Positions 26,448 through 36,324 of a stretch of DNA of 64,000 nucleotides are shown one piece after another (the stretch's first letter is position 1; every line of letters starts with the position of its first letter). The stretch comes from Candidatus Omnitrophota bacterium (lineage in GTDB: Bacteria > Omnitrophota > Gorgyraeia > Tantalellales > Tantalellaceae), in assembly GCA_024277375.1 (NCBI GenBank), contig JAJRVD010000053.1, positions 8,680 through 72,679 of the forward strand. Direction: 5' to 3'. Under the pieces are notes generated by a model. It searched no databases. It saw only the letters and a program-made list of their open reading frames with translations, and was not told the DNA's origin. The position numbers were made by a program, and so were the translations under genes.

Positions 26448-27530
26448 TGCTCCGAATGTCGGAGAATTGGAAAAGAAATGTGTATGCGGTACGATAGATT
26501 CCGGTTTTGTCTCCACATTTGGGCCGAATGTAACGAAATTCGAGGAAAAATTTGCCGAATATCTCGGTTCACAAAAGCTGTCTCCACCCAAAGTGGAACA
26601 GCGGCACTCCATGCGGCGCTTTATGAGCTAGGAATAGGTGAGGGGGACGAAGTGATCGTTCCCGCTCTGACTTTTGTGGCAACAGTAAATCCCGTTATGT
26701 ATGTAGGCGCGCGTCCCGTTTTTGCGGATGTGAATATCAATACATGGAATATAGATCCCTCGGCGATAGAGAAAAATATCACTCCAAAGACAAGGGCGAT
26801 AATTCCTGTTCATCTTTATGGGAATCCTTGTGAAATGGATAAGATAATGGAGATAGCAAAAAAGCATGGTCTTTTTGTTATAGAAGATGCTACAGAAAGC
26901 CTGGGCGCTCAGTACGCCGGAAGGTATACGGGGACTTATGGTGATTATGGTTGTTTTAGTTTTAACGGCAATAAGACTATTACGACAGGTGGAGGTGGGA
27001 TGATAGTTGGAAACGATCCGGAAGGCATGGATCATCTGAAGTTTTTAGTAAATCAAGCGAGAGATGAGACCAGAGGGTACTTCCATCCGGAAGTGGGGTT
27101 TAACTACAGAATGACAAATTTGGAAGCCTCCATGGGTCTGGCACAGATGGAGCGTTTGGAAGAGTTGTCTAACAAAAAAGAACGTATACACGCGATATAT
27201 CAAGAAGAACTTGCAGGCGAGAGCTGTATAGATCTGCAGCTGGAATATGAAGGGGGTGTAAGTTCCTGGTGGTTTAATTGTATTTATTTCACCGATGGAA
27301 TGGATCTGGCGGATGTTATGAGACGCTTAAAAAATGAAGGTATTCCGACGCGACGGGTATTTATGCCTATAAACCAGTTTCCTCCGTATGAACGATGTGG
27401 ATCCGGGGATCTCGAAAATTCTCAGAAAATTTACGAAAGAGGCTTGTGTCTGCCGAGTTCTACGTTGAACCGGGAGGAAGACATAGGGTTCGCGTGTAGG
27501 AAAATTAAAGAGCTAATAGCTATTGGCTGA
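26431..27530 (+). pseudogene. DegT/DnrJ/EryC1 aminotransferase (LegC/PseC-like position) with a frameshift in an A-run near 26573..26576 (or a sequencing error)
   Basis: ATG 26431 gives MRLELDAPNVGELEKK ... FAEYLGSQK, then falls out of frame. ORF 26478..27530 continues KAVSTQSGTAALHAALYELGIGEGDEVIVP. One extra A would fuse them. Confidence 0.7.
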
Positions 27531-27542
27531 TGAGAGGTTGAT

Positions 27543-28199
27543 ATGTCTGAGAAAATAATATTAGTTGGCGGCGGTGGACATTGTAAAGTGGTGATAGACG
27601 CTATAAAAAAAGCCGGTATTTTTGAGGTAGAAGGGGTGCTTGATCCAGCGCAGACAGATGATATCCTCGGAGTGAAAATTTGTGGGAACGACAATAAGAT
27701 GAAAGAATTATTTGAAAAAGGCATAAAGAACGCGTTTATCACTGTGGGTTCCACCGGTGATTGTTCCTTGAGAAAAAAGTTATACAAAAAAGCTAAAGAT
27801 ATTGGATTCGAGTTCCCTGTGATAATTCATCCTCGCGCGGAAATAGCGGACGATGTCGGGGGCGAGATTGGTTGCGGAACGTTTATCGCCGCGTCAGCAA
27901 CAGTAAATCCGGGAACGAAAATAGGTGAGAATGTTATTGTCAATACTTCTGCTTCGGTTGATCATGATTGCGTTATAGGCGATTTTGCTCATATTGCTCC
28001 GGGTGCGGTGCTAAGCGGAGGAGTTGAAGTTGGTGAAGAAGCGCATATTGGAACAGGGGCCAACATTACCCAGTACGCGCGGATAGAGAAGGGCGAACTT
28101 GTTAAAGCCGGGAGTCTGGTTTTTAAGAGTAATACGCGAAAAAAAACGTATGTGTGGCCTATGCCTGCAAACGAAGAAAGTGAAAATAATGTCTTATGA
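27543..28199 (+). CDS. NeuD/PglD-family hexapeptide-repeat N-acetyltransferase
   Basis: KIILVGGGGHCKVVIDAI N-terminal Rossmann-like domain plus left-handed beta-helix hexapeptide repeats. Confidence 0.7.
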   Translation: MSEKIILVGGGGHCKVVIDAIKKAGIFEVEGVLDPAQTDDILGVKICGNDNKMKELFEKGIKNAFITVGSTGDCSLRKKLYKKAKDIGFEFPVIIHPRAEIADDVGGEIGCGTFIAASATVNPGTKIGENVIVNTSASVDHDCVIGDFAHIAPGAVLSGGVEVGEEAHIGTGANITQYARIEKGELVKAGSLVFKSNTRKKTYVWPMPANEESENNVL

Positions 28200-29199
28200 A
28201 AAAGTTTTTATAATAGCCGAGGCCGGAGTTAATCATAACGGTAGTTTGGAGACCGCTAGAAAGATGATAGACGCGGCTTCTGAGGCCGGTGTGGACGCGG
28301 TGAAATTCCAAACGTTTCGTGCTGAGAACATAGCGAGCGCTAACGCTCCTAAAGCGTATTATCAGAAAAATACTACTTGCGAGGATGAATCACAGCTTGA
28401 AATGTTAAAAAAACTGGAATTGGACGAAGACGCACATAAAGACCTTAAGGTATATTGTGAGAAAAAAGATGTTATGTTCCTTTCAACTCCGTTCGATCTC
28501 GAAAGTGTGGATATGCTTGAAGATATGGGTCTAGCCCTGTTTAAAGTGCCTTCGGGCGAGATCACGAATCTGCCATACCTGAGAAAGATAGGGGCGTTAA
28601 GGAAGAAGATAATATTGTCCAGTGGGATGTCGAACCTTGATGAAATAGAAGACGCTATTATGGTGCTTGTTGCCGCGGGAACGCGGAAGGAAGACATTAC
28701 GGTGTTGCAATGTAATACCGAGTATCCGACGCCGTATGAAGATGTGAATTTACGCGCGATGTCCACGATAAGAGAATCCTTTGGTGTTGATGTCGGATAT
28801 TCCGACCATACTCTTGGAATAGATATCGTCTCTGCCGCGGTAGGCTTGGGCGCCAGCGTGATCGAGAAACATTTCACACTTGATCGTCAAATGGAAGGCC
28901 CTGATCACGCGGCTTCATTGGAACCTGAGCAGCTTAGGAGGATGGTAGAAGTAATAAGGAACACGGAACTAGCTATGGGTGATGGAATTAAAAAACCGTC
29001 ATCTTCGGAATTTAAAAACATAACGGCAGTTCGGAAAAGTATAGTCGCGGCATGTCCGATCGCTGTCGATGAGGTTTTCACCGAAGATAATCTTACGGTT
29101 AAAAGACCGGCAACGGGTATAAGTCCCGTGGAGTGGGATAATGTTCTTGGAAAGTCCGCAAAGCGGGATTTTGGTCGAGATGAGGCGATTGAGCTATGA
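28189..29199 (+). CDS. NeuB-family nonulosonic acid synthase (PEP-condensing; LegI/PseI/NeuB-like)
   Basis: FIIAEAGVNHNGSLETARKMIDAASEAGVDAVKFQTF is the NeuB signature, with a C-terminal SAF/antifreeze-like domain. Confidence 0.8.
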   Translation: MSYEKVFIIAEAGVNHNGSLETARKMIDAASEAGVDAVKFQTFRAENIASANAPKAYYQKNTTCEDESQLEMLKKLELDEDAHKDLKVYCEKKDVMFLSTPFDLESVDMLEDMGLALFKVPSGEITNLPYLRKIGALRKKIILSSGMSNLDEIEDAIMVLVAAGTRKEDITVLQCNTEYPTPYEDVNLRAMSTIRESFGVDVGYSDHTLGIDIVSAAVGLGASVIEKHFTLDRQMEGPDHAASLEPEQLRRMVEVIRNTELAMGDGIKKPSSSEFKNITAVRKSIVAACPIAVDEVFTEDNLTVKRPATGISPVEWDNVLGKSAKRDFGRDEAIEL

Positions 29200-30080
29200 G
29201 AATAGTATTTGTCGGTACTGTTGAGTTCAGCCGTAGAATGTTAGAAAAATTGATATCCATGGAAGCTTTAATAGTGGGTGTCATAACAAAGAAGACGTCA
29301 GAGGCTAACGCTGATTTTTCGGATCTTTCCGGATTATGTGAAGACAAGGATATACCGTACAAGTATGTTACGGATATAAATTCACCGGATAGTGAGGAGT
29401 GGATAAAGGATAGAGAGCCCGATATTATTTTATGCTTAGGTTTTTCTCAAATATTGGAAGAAAAGATATTGAAAATCGCTCCTATGGGGGTGGTGGGGTA
29501 TCACCCGGCAAAATTACCGCAAAATCGTGGCAGACATCCGATAATTTGGGCGCTGGTCCTGGGGCTTAAGAAGACGGCATCTACTTTCTTTTTTATGGAT
29601 AAAGGTGCTGATAGCGGGGATATATTAAGCCAGGAGGAGATCGAGATCGATACCGAGGACGACGCGGGTACGCTCTACGAAAAGGTCGTGCAGACAGCCT
29701 TGAGTCAACTCAATGATATTTTGCCGCAATTGGAAGGGAAGACGTTTGATCTGATATCACAGAATGGCGTGGAAACGAATTATTGGAGAAAACGTAATAT
29801 GGAAGACGGACGCGTTGATTTTAGGATGACCGCGAGGGCGGTTTGCAACCTGATTAGAGGACTGACCCGGCCATATGTGGGCGCTCATATCAGATATAAT
29901 AACGCGGACATTAAGGTCTGGAAGGCAAAAGAAATAATAACAGACTTCGAGAATTGTGAATATGGCAAGGTTTTGGATGTAAGCGGCGGGCAAATACTAG
30001 TGAAGTGTATGGAGAACGCTGTTCTTTTTATGAAACATGAGTTTAACAAGTTACCCGAAACGGGGGATTATTTGATATGA
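29196..30080 (+). CDS. Formyltransferase (Fmt/ArnA-N-like); candidate amino-sugar N-formyltransferase
   Basis: Formyl_trans_N pattern: VVGYHPAKLPQNRGRHPIIWAL ... DKGADSGDIL. Confidence 0.65.
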   Translation: MRIVFVGTVEFSRRMLEKLISMEALIVGVITKKTSEANADFSDLSGLCEDKDIPYKYVTDINSPDSEEWIKDREPDIILCLGFSQILEEKILKIAPMGVVGYHPAKLPQNRGRHPIIWALVLGLKKTASTFFFMDKGADSGDILSQEEIEIDTEDDAGTLYEKVVQTALSQLNDILPQLEGKTFDLISQNGVETNYWRKRNMEDGRVDFRMTARAVCNLIRGLTRPYVGAHIRYNNADIKVWKAKEIITDFENCEYGKVLDVSGGQILVKCMENAVLFMKHEFNKLPETGDYLI

Positions 30081-30745
30081 AAAATGTTCTGGTATTGGCC
30101 GCTCATCCTGATGATGAGACTTTGGGGTGTGGAGGAACGTTGCTAAGGCACAAGGCGAATGGAGACCGTATCCACTGGCTTATCGCTACGGGTATGTCGA
30201 AAGAGGAGGGGTTCGCGTCGGCGGATATATCTCGAAGAGATAAAGAGATCGAGAAAGTAAGGGGACTGTATGCTTTTGATGGGGTCAGCAAACTAGATAT
30301 TCCTACGACAAAAGTGGATGATGTCCCCATTAATGAGTTGGTGGAAAAGATCTCAAAGGTGTTTCGGGAAGTTGAACCGGAGATATTGTATTTGCCTTTC
30401 AGGGGAGATGTTCATAGTGATCATCGTATGCTTTTTGACGCGGCGTATAGTTGTACGAAAACATTCCGATATCCGTTCATAAAAAAGATCCTTATGATGG
30501 AAATAATAAGTGAAACGGAATTCGTTCCGGGATTCAAGGATGCGGTATTTATCCCGAATTATTTCGTGAACATAGGTAGTTTTCTTGAAAAAAAGATCGA
30601 GATAATGAAGACCTTTGAAAGTGAGCTGGGGGAACAACCTTTTCCGAGAAGTCTTGAGAACATTAGAGCGCTGGCGACGTTCAGAGGAGCAATGTCGGGT
30701 TGTGATCACGCGGAAAGTTTTATGATCTTGAAGGAGATATCGTGA
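30077..30745 (+). CDS. PIG-L/LmbE-family N-deacetylase
   Basis: VLAAHPDDETLGCGGT motif. Confidence 0.75.
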   Translation: MKNVLVLAAHPDDETLGCGGTLLRHKANGDRIHWLIATGMSKEEGFASADISRRDKEIEKVRGLYAFDGVSKLDIPTTKVDDVPINELVEKISKVFREVEPEILYLPFRGDVHSDHRMLFDAAYSCTKTFRYPFIKKILMMEIISETEFVPGFKDAVFIPNYFVNIGSFLEKKIEIMKTFESELGEQPFPRSLENIRALATFRGAMSGCDHAESFMILKEIS

Positions 30746-31917
30746 GAAGGAAGATCTGTGTTTTTACGGGCACACGGGCTGAATACGGTCTTTTGAAGCC
30801 TTTAATGTCGGAAATAAAAGAGGATGAGGGGCTGGATCTGTTTGTAATAGTTTCCGCGATGCATTTGTCGGGAGAATTTGGTCTGACGTATCGAGACATA
30901 GTGGAGGATGGGTTCGAAATAAACGAGAAAGTGGATACAGGGCTTGATTCTGATACATCGATCGGGTTAAGCGCTTCAATGGGAAGAGGAATAGCGGGTA
31001 TTAGTGAAGCTTATTCCAGGTTGGCTCCGGATGTTGTTGTAGTGTTGGGCGACAGGGTCGAGGCTTTTGCGGCCGCCGCGGCGGCAATGATGTCGAGGAT
31101 CCCGATCGCTCATCTGCATGGAGGAGAATCAACTCGGGGGTTGATAGATGAGGCTATAAGACATTCCATTACAAAAATGAGTCATCTTCATTTTACTTCT
31201 GTAGAAGAATATCGAGGCAGAGTGATACAGATGGGAGAACAGCCCGATAAAGTATTCAACGTGGGTGCGATAGGCTTAGATAATATACGGGATATAAATC
31301 TGTTGTCAAAAGAAGAATTGGAAAAAGATCTGGGGATAAAGTTCGGGAAATATAATTTTCTGGTTACATTCCATCCTGTCACACTGGAAGAGGGCGAGTC
31401 CGGAAAACATTTTCGGGAATTATTGGATGCATTAGACCGGAATGCTCATATAAACGCTATCTTTACAAAAGCGAACGCTGACCATGAGGGCAGTGTTATC
31501 AACCGTATGATAGATGAGTATGTTTCTGAGAATAGCGATAGGTCCGTGGTATTTACTTCAATGGGACAGTTACGCTATTTGTCCGCAATGCGTGTGGTAG
31601 ACGCCGTTGTTGGTAATTCTTCAAGCGGGATAATTGAGGCTCCCAGTTTTGGTGTAGGGACAATAAATATCGGGGATAGGCAGGGTGGACGGGTTAGTGC
31701 CGATAGTGTAATAGATTGCGCACCTCGTAAAAGTGACATTATTGCCGCCATTGAAAAACTTTACTCTGAAGATTTTCAGGCAAGTTTATCCGATGTTTTT
31801 AATCCATACGGTGATGGTGGTGTCGCTAAACGCGTGAAAGATGTTTTAAAGAGTTGTGATCTGGCAAATATATTGAAAAAAGTTTTCTATGACATATCAG
31901 GGCAGGTGAAAATATGA
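30742..31917 (+). CDS. UDP-N-acetylglucosamine 2-epimerase, hydrolysing (NeuC/LegG-like)
   Basis: VFTGTRAEYGLLKPL, HLHGGE and GNSSSG blocks of the NeuC/WecB family. Confidence 0.75.
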   Translation: MRRKICVFTGTRAEYGLLKPLMSEIKEDEGLDLFVIVSAMHLSGEFGLTYRDIVEDGFEINEKVDTGLDSDTSIGLSASMGRGIAGISEAYSRLAPDVVVVLGDRVEAFAAAAAAMMSRIPIAHLHGGESTRGLIDEAIRHSITKMSHLHFTSVEEYRGRVIQMGEQPDKVFNVGAIGLDNIRDINLLSKEELEKDLGIKFGKYNFLVTFHPVTLEEGESGKHFRELLDALDRNAHINAIFTKANADHEGSVINRMIDEYVSENSDRSVVFTSMGQLRYLSAMRVVDAVVGNSSSGIIEAPSFGVGTINIGDRQGGRVSADSVIDCAPRKSDIIAAIEKLYSEDFQASLSDVFNPYGDGGVAKRVKDVLKSCDLANILKKVFYDISGQVKI

Positions 31918-32669
31918 AAAATGTGAGGGTAGTGGCGAGATTGGATGTTAAGCCTCCTTATGTGATAAAAGGGGTCCATTTTGAAGGGTTGCGAAAAGTG
32001 GGCACCCCCGAAGGTCTTGCCGGTAAATATTATGAGCAGGGAGTGGATGAGGTCTTTTACATCGATTGTGTGGCAAGTCTTTATCAAAGAGAGATATTGT
32101 ATGATTTTGTGGAAAAGACGGCTAAGAATATATTTGTTCCTTTTTGTGTAGGCGGAGGGGTTAAGAATGTCGATGATGTCGCCAGGCTTCTTCACAGTGG
32201 CGCGGATAAGGTTCTTATGAATACATATGCTATACAGACTCCGGGTCTTATTAAGGAGGCCGCTGAGATATTTGGAAGTCAATGCGTAGTGGTCTCGATA
32301 GAAGCCAAAAAGTGGGATGGATGGTGGGAATGTTATACCGATTGCGGCAGGATCAGAACCGGTAAAAATGCCGTGGAATGGGCAAAAGAAGCGGAAGACC
32401 TGGGGGCGGGTGAAATACTTGTTACTTCGGTTGACACAGAGGGAAGAAGGAAAGGGTTTGACGTTGAACTTACCCGGAAGATATCGGAAAATACAACGGT
32501 TCCTGTAGTCGCTTCAGGTGGAGCAGGTGATCTTTCTCATATTAAAAATGTTATCGAAGATGGTTACGCGGACGCGGTAAGTATCGCATCTCTTTTGCAT
32601 TACGATGAATTTTCTGTAGGTCAAATTAAGGAATTTCTCGCTTCACAAGGAATAGGGGTTGTCATATGA
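31914..32669 (+). CDS. HisF-like cyclase subunit (WbuZ-type, glycan amidine synthesis)
   Basis: (beta/alpha)8 HisF blocks: VPFCVGGGV ... VASGGAGDLSH. Located inside the glycan cluster and paired with a HisH-like gene. Confidence 0.8.
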   Translation: MKNVRVVARLDVKPPYVIKGVHFEGLRKVGTPEGLAGKYYEQGVDEVFYIDCVASLYQREILYDFVEKTAKNIFVPFCVGGGVKNVDDVARLLHSGADKVLMNTYAIQTPGLIKEAAEIFGSQCVVVSIEAKKWDGWWECYTDCGRIRTGKNAVEWAKEAEDLGAGEILVTSVDTEGRRKGFDVELTRKISENTTVPVVASGGAGDLSHIKNVIEDGYADAVSIASLLHYDEFSVGQIKEFLASQGIGVVI

Positions 32670-33271
32670 GTCAGAAAATAGGTGTTGTCGACTATGGGTA
32701 TGCCGGGAATGTTTTTAATATTAGAAAAACCATTGAGAATACCGATAAGACTGTAAGTACTATGATCATAAAAACACAGCAAGATGTTAAAAAAGCGGAT
32801 AAGATCGTTTTGCCGGGCGTTGGATCCTATAAAGACGTGATGGAAAAGATCACCGATCTTAGTGCTATGCTCGAAGAGCAAATACAAAATAAACCTACAC
32901 TTGGAATATGTTTGGGAATGCAGATACTTTCAGAAAAAGGATATGAATTCGGAGAGACTAAAGGGTTCAGTGTGATAGAAGTAGAGGTAAGAAAAATGCC
33001 GGTAAAAGGAAGAGTTCCTCATATAGGATGGGCGCGTATTGAGCCGATAAAGAATTCAAGGATATTAGCCGGTGTGACCTCTGATGATAGTTTTTATTTT
33101 ATGCATTCGTATGAGCTGATAAACTACAAAGATGTTATCGCTTTGTCGGATTATTGTGAACACAAGTTCGTATGCGCGATTGAAAGAGATAATGTTTTCG
33201 GAGTGCAATTCCATCCCGAAAAGAGCAGGGATAGCGGGTTCAGGGTATTCAAGAATTTTATAAACGTATGA
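32666..33271 (+). CDS. HisH-like glutamine amidotransferase subunit (WbuY-type)
   Basis: Class I GATase: GICLGMQIL (catalytic Cys) ... FGVQFHPEKS. Confidence 0.8.
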   Translation: MSQKIGVVDYGYAGNVFNIRKTIENTDKTVSTMIIKTQQDVKKADKIVLPGVGSYKDVMEKITDLSAMLEEQIQNKPTLGICLGMQILSEKGYEFGETKGFSVIEVEVRKMPVKGRVPHIGWARIEPIKNSRILAGVTSDDSFYFMHSYELINYKDVIALSDYCEHKFVCAIERDNVFGVQFHPEKSRDSGFRVFKNFINV

Positions 33272-33288
33272 TAAAGGAGTGGGGCATC

Positions 33289-34524
33289 ATGGAGCGATGT
33301 AATGCTGTAAATAAAAAAGAAGAACAAAGTACAGGGATGTATGGACTCCCCACTGAGGTTAAATTCTGTAAAAAGTGTGTTATGTCCAATCAAAGGCCCT
33401 CTTCCTGTATTGAGTTTAAAAATAAACCGGGCGATAAGAAAAAAACCATTGCTTTTGATGAAGATGGTGTTTGTGACGCGTGCAGGTTCGCGGAAAAGAA
33501 AAAAAATATTAACTGGGAAGAAAGGGAGCAGCAGTTAAAAGAGGTTTTAGATCGGTTCCGCAGTAAGGACGGTAGTTACGATGTTGTGGTCCCGGGTAGC
33601 GGAGGTAAGGACAGTGTAGTTGCCTCATACGTTTTGAAATATAAATATGGCATGCATCCGTTGCTTGTTACCTGGCCTCCGCATAGTTATACTCATATGG
33701 GGAGAGTTAATTTTCAGGCATGGGTGAACGCGGGTTTTGATAATATCAGCTATATGCCGAACCAGAAAGCTCACAGGTTGGTTACGCGTTTGGCTTTTGA
33801 GAACCTTGTCCATCCTTTTCAGCCTTTTATTATCGGGCAAAAAAATCTAGCTCCAAAGATATCGGCTATGTATAACATTCCGTTCGTGGTTTACGGGGAG
33901 AATGAAGCTGAATATGGAAACCCTGTGGATGATAACGATAGCGCTACCAGAGACAGTTCTTTTTATACGCATGATGAGAATTTGGAAAATGTACGTCTTG
34001 GAGGTGTAAGTGCCGTAAAGCTAATGAAAGATCATGGTTTGACCAGAGCGGACTTGGATCCTTATCTTCCGGTTGCCTCCGATCTTCTCAGGAAGGTCGG
34101 CACTGAAGTCCATTATCTTGGATATTATATGAAGTGGGATCCGCAGGAAAGTTATTATTTTTCAGTTGAGAATACTGATTTTTATCCTAACTGCGAACGT
34201 ACGGAAGGCAGCTACAGTAAATATAACAGTCTTGATGACAAAATAGATTGGTTCCATTTCTATACTTACTATATAAAATTCGGGATAGGAAGAGCTACTT
34301 ATGACGCATCGCAGGAAGTCAGGAACGGTCATTTGACCAGAGACGAAGGAGTGCGTTTAGTGAAACGGTTCGACGGGGAATTCCCGCGCAAATACTTTAA
34401 AGACAATCTTGACTATATGGGCATAACAGAAGAAAAGTTTTACGAAATAATTGAAAAAGCACGACCGCCTCATTTGTGGGAGAAAATCAAAGGTGAGTGG
34501 CGGCTTAAACACCAGGTGGGGTGA
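33289..34524 (+). CDS. N-acetyl sugar amidotransferase, PP-loop ATP pyrophosphatase (WbuX/PseA-like). Alternative upstream start 33268.
   Basis: VVPGSGGKDS PP-loop motif. RBS aaggagtgggg before ATG 33289. Confidence 0.7.
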   Translation: MERCNAVNKKEEQSTGMYGLPTEVKFCKKCVMSNQRPSSCIEFKNKPGDKKKTIAFDEDGVCDACRFAEKKKNINWEEREQQLKEVLDRFRSKDGSYDVVVPGSGGKDSVVASYVLKYKYGMHPLLVTWPPHSYTHMGRVNFQAWVNAGFDNISYMPNQKAHRLVTRLAFENLVHPFQPFIIGQKNLAPKISAMYNIPFVVYGENEAEYGNPVDDNDSATRDSSFYTHDENLENVRLGGVSAVKLMKDHGLTRADLDPYLPVASDLLRKVGTEVHYLGYYMKWDPQESYYFSVENTDFYPNCERTEGSYSKYNSLDDKIDWFHFYTYYIKFGIGRATYDASQEVRNGHLTRDEGVRLVKRFDGEFPRKYFKDNLDYMGITEEKFYEIIEKARPPHLWEKIKGEWRLKHQVG

Positions 34525-34526
34525 GT

Positions 34527-35585
34527 ATGAATTGGAAGAAACTTCTTGTAAAAGATGAACTGTCGGTGAAGGATATTCTTAAAAGAATGGATGCCGGCGG
34601 CGAAAAGATACTGTTTATAGTCGGAGAGCATGATAGGCTTAAGGGAGTTATTACTGACGGGGATATAAGACGTCATTTTCTGTCTCATGGAAGTTTGGAC
34701 GAACAAGTCGGGAAGATCTATAATCCCGAACCTTTGTACGTTTTTAAGGGGTACGACAGGCAGGATGTAAAACAGCTAATGGCAAACGAAAAGATCGAAG
34801 TAGTGCCGGTAGTGGATCAGGATAAACATGTTATAGGTGCTTTGTCCTGGACGGATATTTTCGGCAAAGAGAATATTATGCTTGCCGGAACAGTTAACGT
34901 GCCTGTAGTAATAATGGCGGGAGGCAAAGGGAAAAGGTTGGATCCTTTTACAAAGATATTGCCGAAGCCGCTTATCCCTGTGGGAGAAAAGCCAATTATC
35001 GAAATAATAATGGATGAGTTTAATCAATATGGTGTAGAGGACTTTTATGTCACTCTGAACTACAAGGGCGAAATGATAAAGATCTATTTCGCTAACGCGG
35101 AGAAAGAGTATAACGTAAGGTATGTCAGAGAAGAAGAGTTTCTGGGAACGGCGGGAAGTCTTAAACTCTTGCCCGAGAATATAGGGGATACGTTTATAGT
35201 GTCTAACTGCGATATAATAGTGAATATTGACTATGGGGACCTGATAAAGTTCCATAAAGATAATGGCAATTGTCTGACGATAGTTGGATCAATACAACAC
35301 CACAGGATCCCGTATGGTGTTATTGACTTTGAGAAGGAAGGAAAGCTTAAAAAAATAGAAGAAAAACCGGAACTTGATTTTACCGTAAATACGGGGGTTT
35401 ATGTGCTGTCAAAGAAGGTTGTAGACGCTATCCCGGAAAATAAACATTTTGATATGACAGATCTTATTCAAGCTCTTATGGATGATAAGGAAAATATAGG
35501 AGTTTACCCGGTGTCACAAAAATCATACATCGATATAGGGCAGTGGGAGGAATATAAGAAACATATTGAAAATTTGGTGATCTAA
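34527..35585 (+). CDS. CBS-pair + sugar-phosphate nucleotidyltransferase (PtmE-like)
   Basis: Two CBS motifs at the N-terminus, then the NTP-transferase GGKGKRLDPFTKILPKPLIPVGEKPII. Confidence 0.65.
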   Translation: MNWKKLLVKDELSVKDILKRMDAGGEKILFIVGEHDRLKGVITDGDIRRHFLSHGSLDEQVGKIYNPEPLYVFKGYDRQDVKQLMANEKIEVVPVVDQDKHVIGALSWTDIFGKENIMLAGTVNVPVVIMAGGKGKRLDPFTKILPKPLIPVGEKPIIEIIMDEFNQYGVEDFYVTLNYKGEMIKIYFANAEKEYNVRYVREEEFLGTAGSLKLLPENIGDTFIVSNCDIIVNIDYGDLIKFHKDNGNCLTIVGSIQHHRIPYGVIDFEKEGKLKKIEEKPELDFTVNTGVYVLSKKVVDAIPENKHFDMTDLIQALMDDKENIGVYPVSQKSYIDIGQWEEYKKHIENLVI

Positions 35586-35588
35586 ACT

Positions 35589-36320
35589 ATGCGAAAAGAT
35601 AAAAAGATACTGGGAATAGTACCCGCAAGGGGTGGTAGCAAAGGTATTCCAGGTAAAAACATCAAGAATATCGCCGATAAGCCATTAATCTGGTGGACGA
35701 TACAGGAAGCTAAAAAGTGTGGTCTATTGGATAGAACTATTGTGAGTACTGATGACGAGGAAATTTCCAACGTGGCGGTTAATTGTGGTGCCGAAGTTCC
35801 TTTTACGCGTCCCGCCGAAATTTCCGGGGATAACGCGACGTCAGTAGATCTGGTGCTTCATGCTGTTGAATACTTTCGTCAAAAAGGGGAAGAATTCGAT
35901 CTGTTTGTTTTGTTACAACCGACTTCGCCGCTAAGAACAAGTGAGGATATAAGATGTGCTATAGATGTTCTCTTTGATAGGGAGGCTGAGATGGTAGTCT
36001 CGGTTACGCGGTCTTCATCTCATGCGTTATGGACAAATGAGCTGCCTGAAAACGGATGTATGAAAGATTTTTTACCAAAGCGGGTCGTTAATAAACCGCG
36101 GCAGGAAATGCCGGTGGTTTTTCATCCGAACGGAGCGATTTTCGCGGGGGTTATCGATCGATTGGAAAATAACAGACAATTTTATGGAGACAGAACATTT
36201 GCCTACATAATGCCTAAGGAAAGATCCGTTGATATCGATGATATGCTGGACTTTGAGTTGGCGGAAGTTCTGCTTAATAGATCTATCAGGAAAGATCATA
36301 AGATTAGCGAGGAGCGTTAA
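35589..36320 (+). CDS. Acylneuraminate cytidylyltransferase family (CMP-nonulosonate synthetase, NeuA/LegF-like)
   Basis: ILGIVPARGGSKGIPGKNIK ... LLQPTSPLR motifs. Confidence 0.8.
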   Translation: MRKDKKILGIVPARGGSKGIPGKNIKNIADKPLIWWTIQEAKKCGLLDRTIVSTDDEEISNVAVNCGAEVPFTRPAEISGDNATSVDLVLHAVEYFRQKGEEFDLFVLLQPTSPLRTSEDIRCAIDVLFDREAEMVVSVTRSSSHALWTNELPENGCMKDFLPKRVVNKPRQEMPVVFHPNGAIFAGVIDRLENNRQFYGDRTFAYIMPKERSVDIDDMLDFELAEVLLNRSIRKDHKISEER

Positions 36321-36324
36321 CACA

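Noticed and set aside
21484-27530. Track ORF pairs 21484..22062 / 21972..22928 and 26365..26631 / 26478..27530 as separate small genes.
   Set aside because: Each pair is the two halves of one well-known enzyme (an MBOAT; a DegT aminotransferase). The halves are joined by a 1-nt homopolymer indel.
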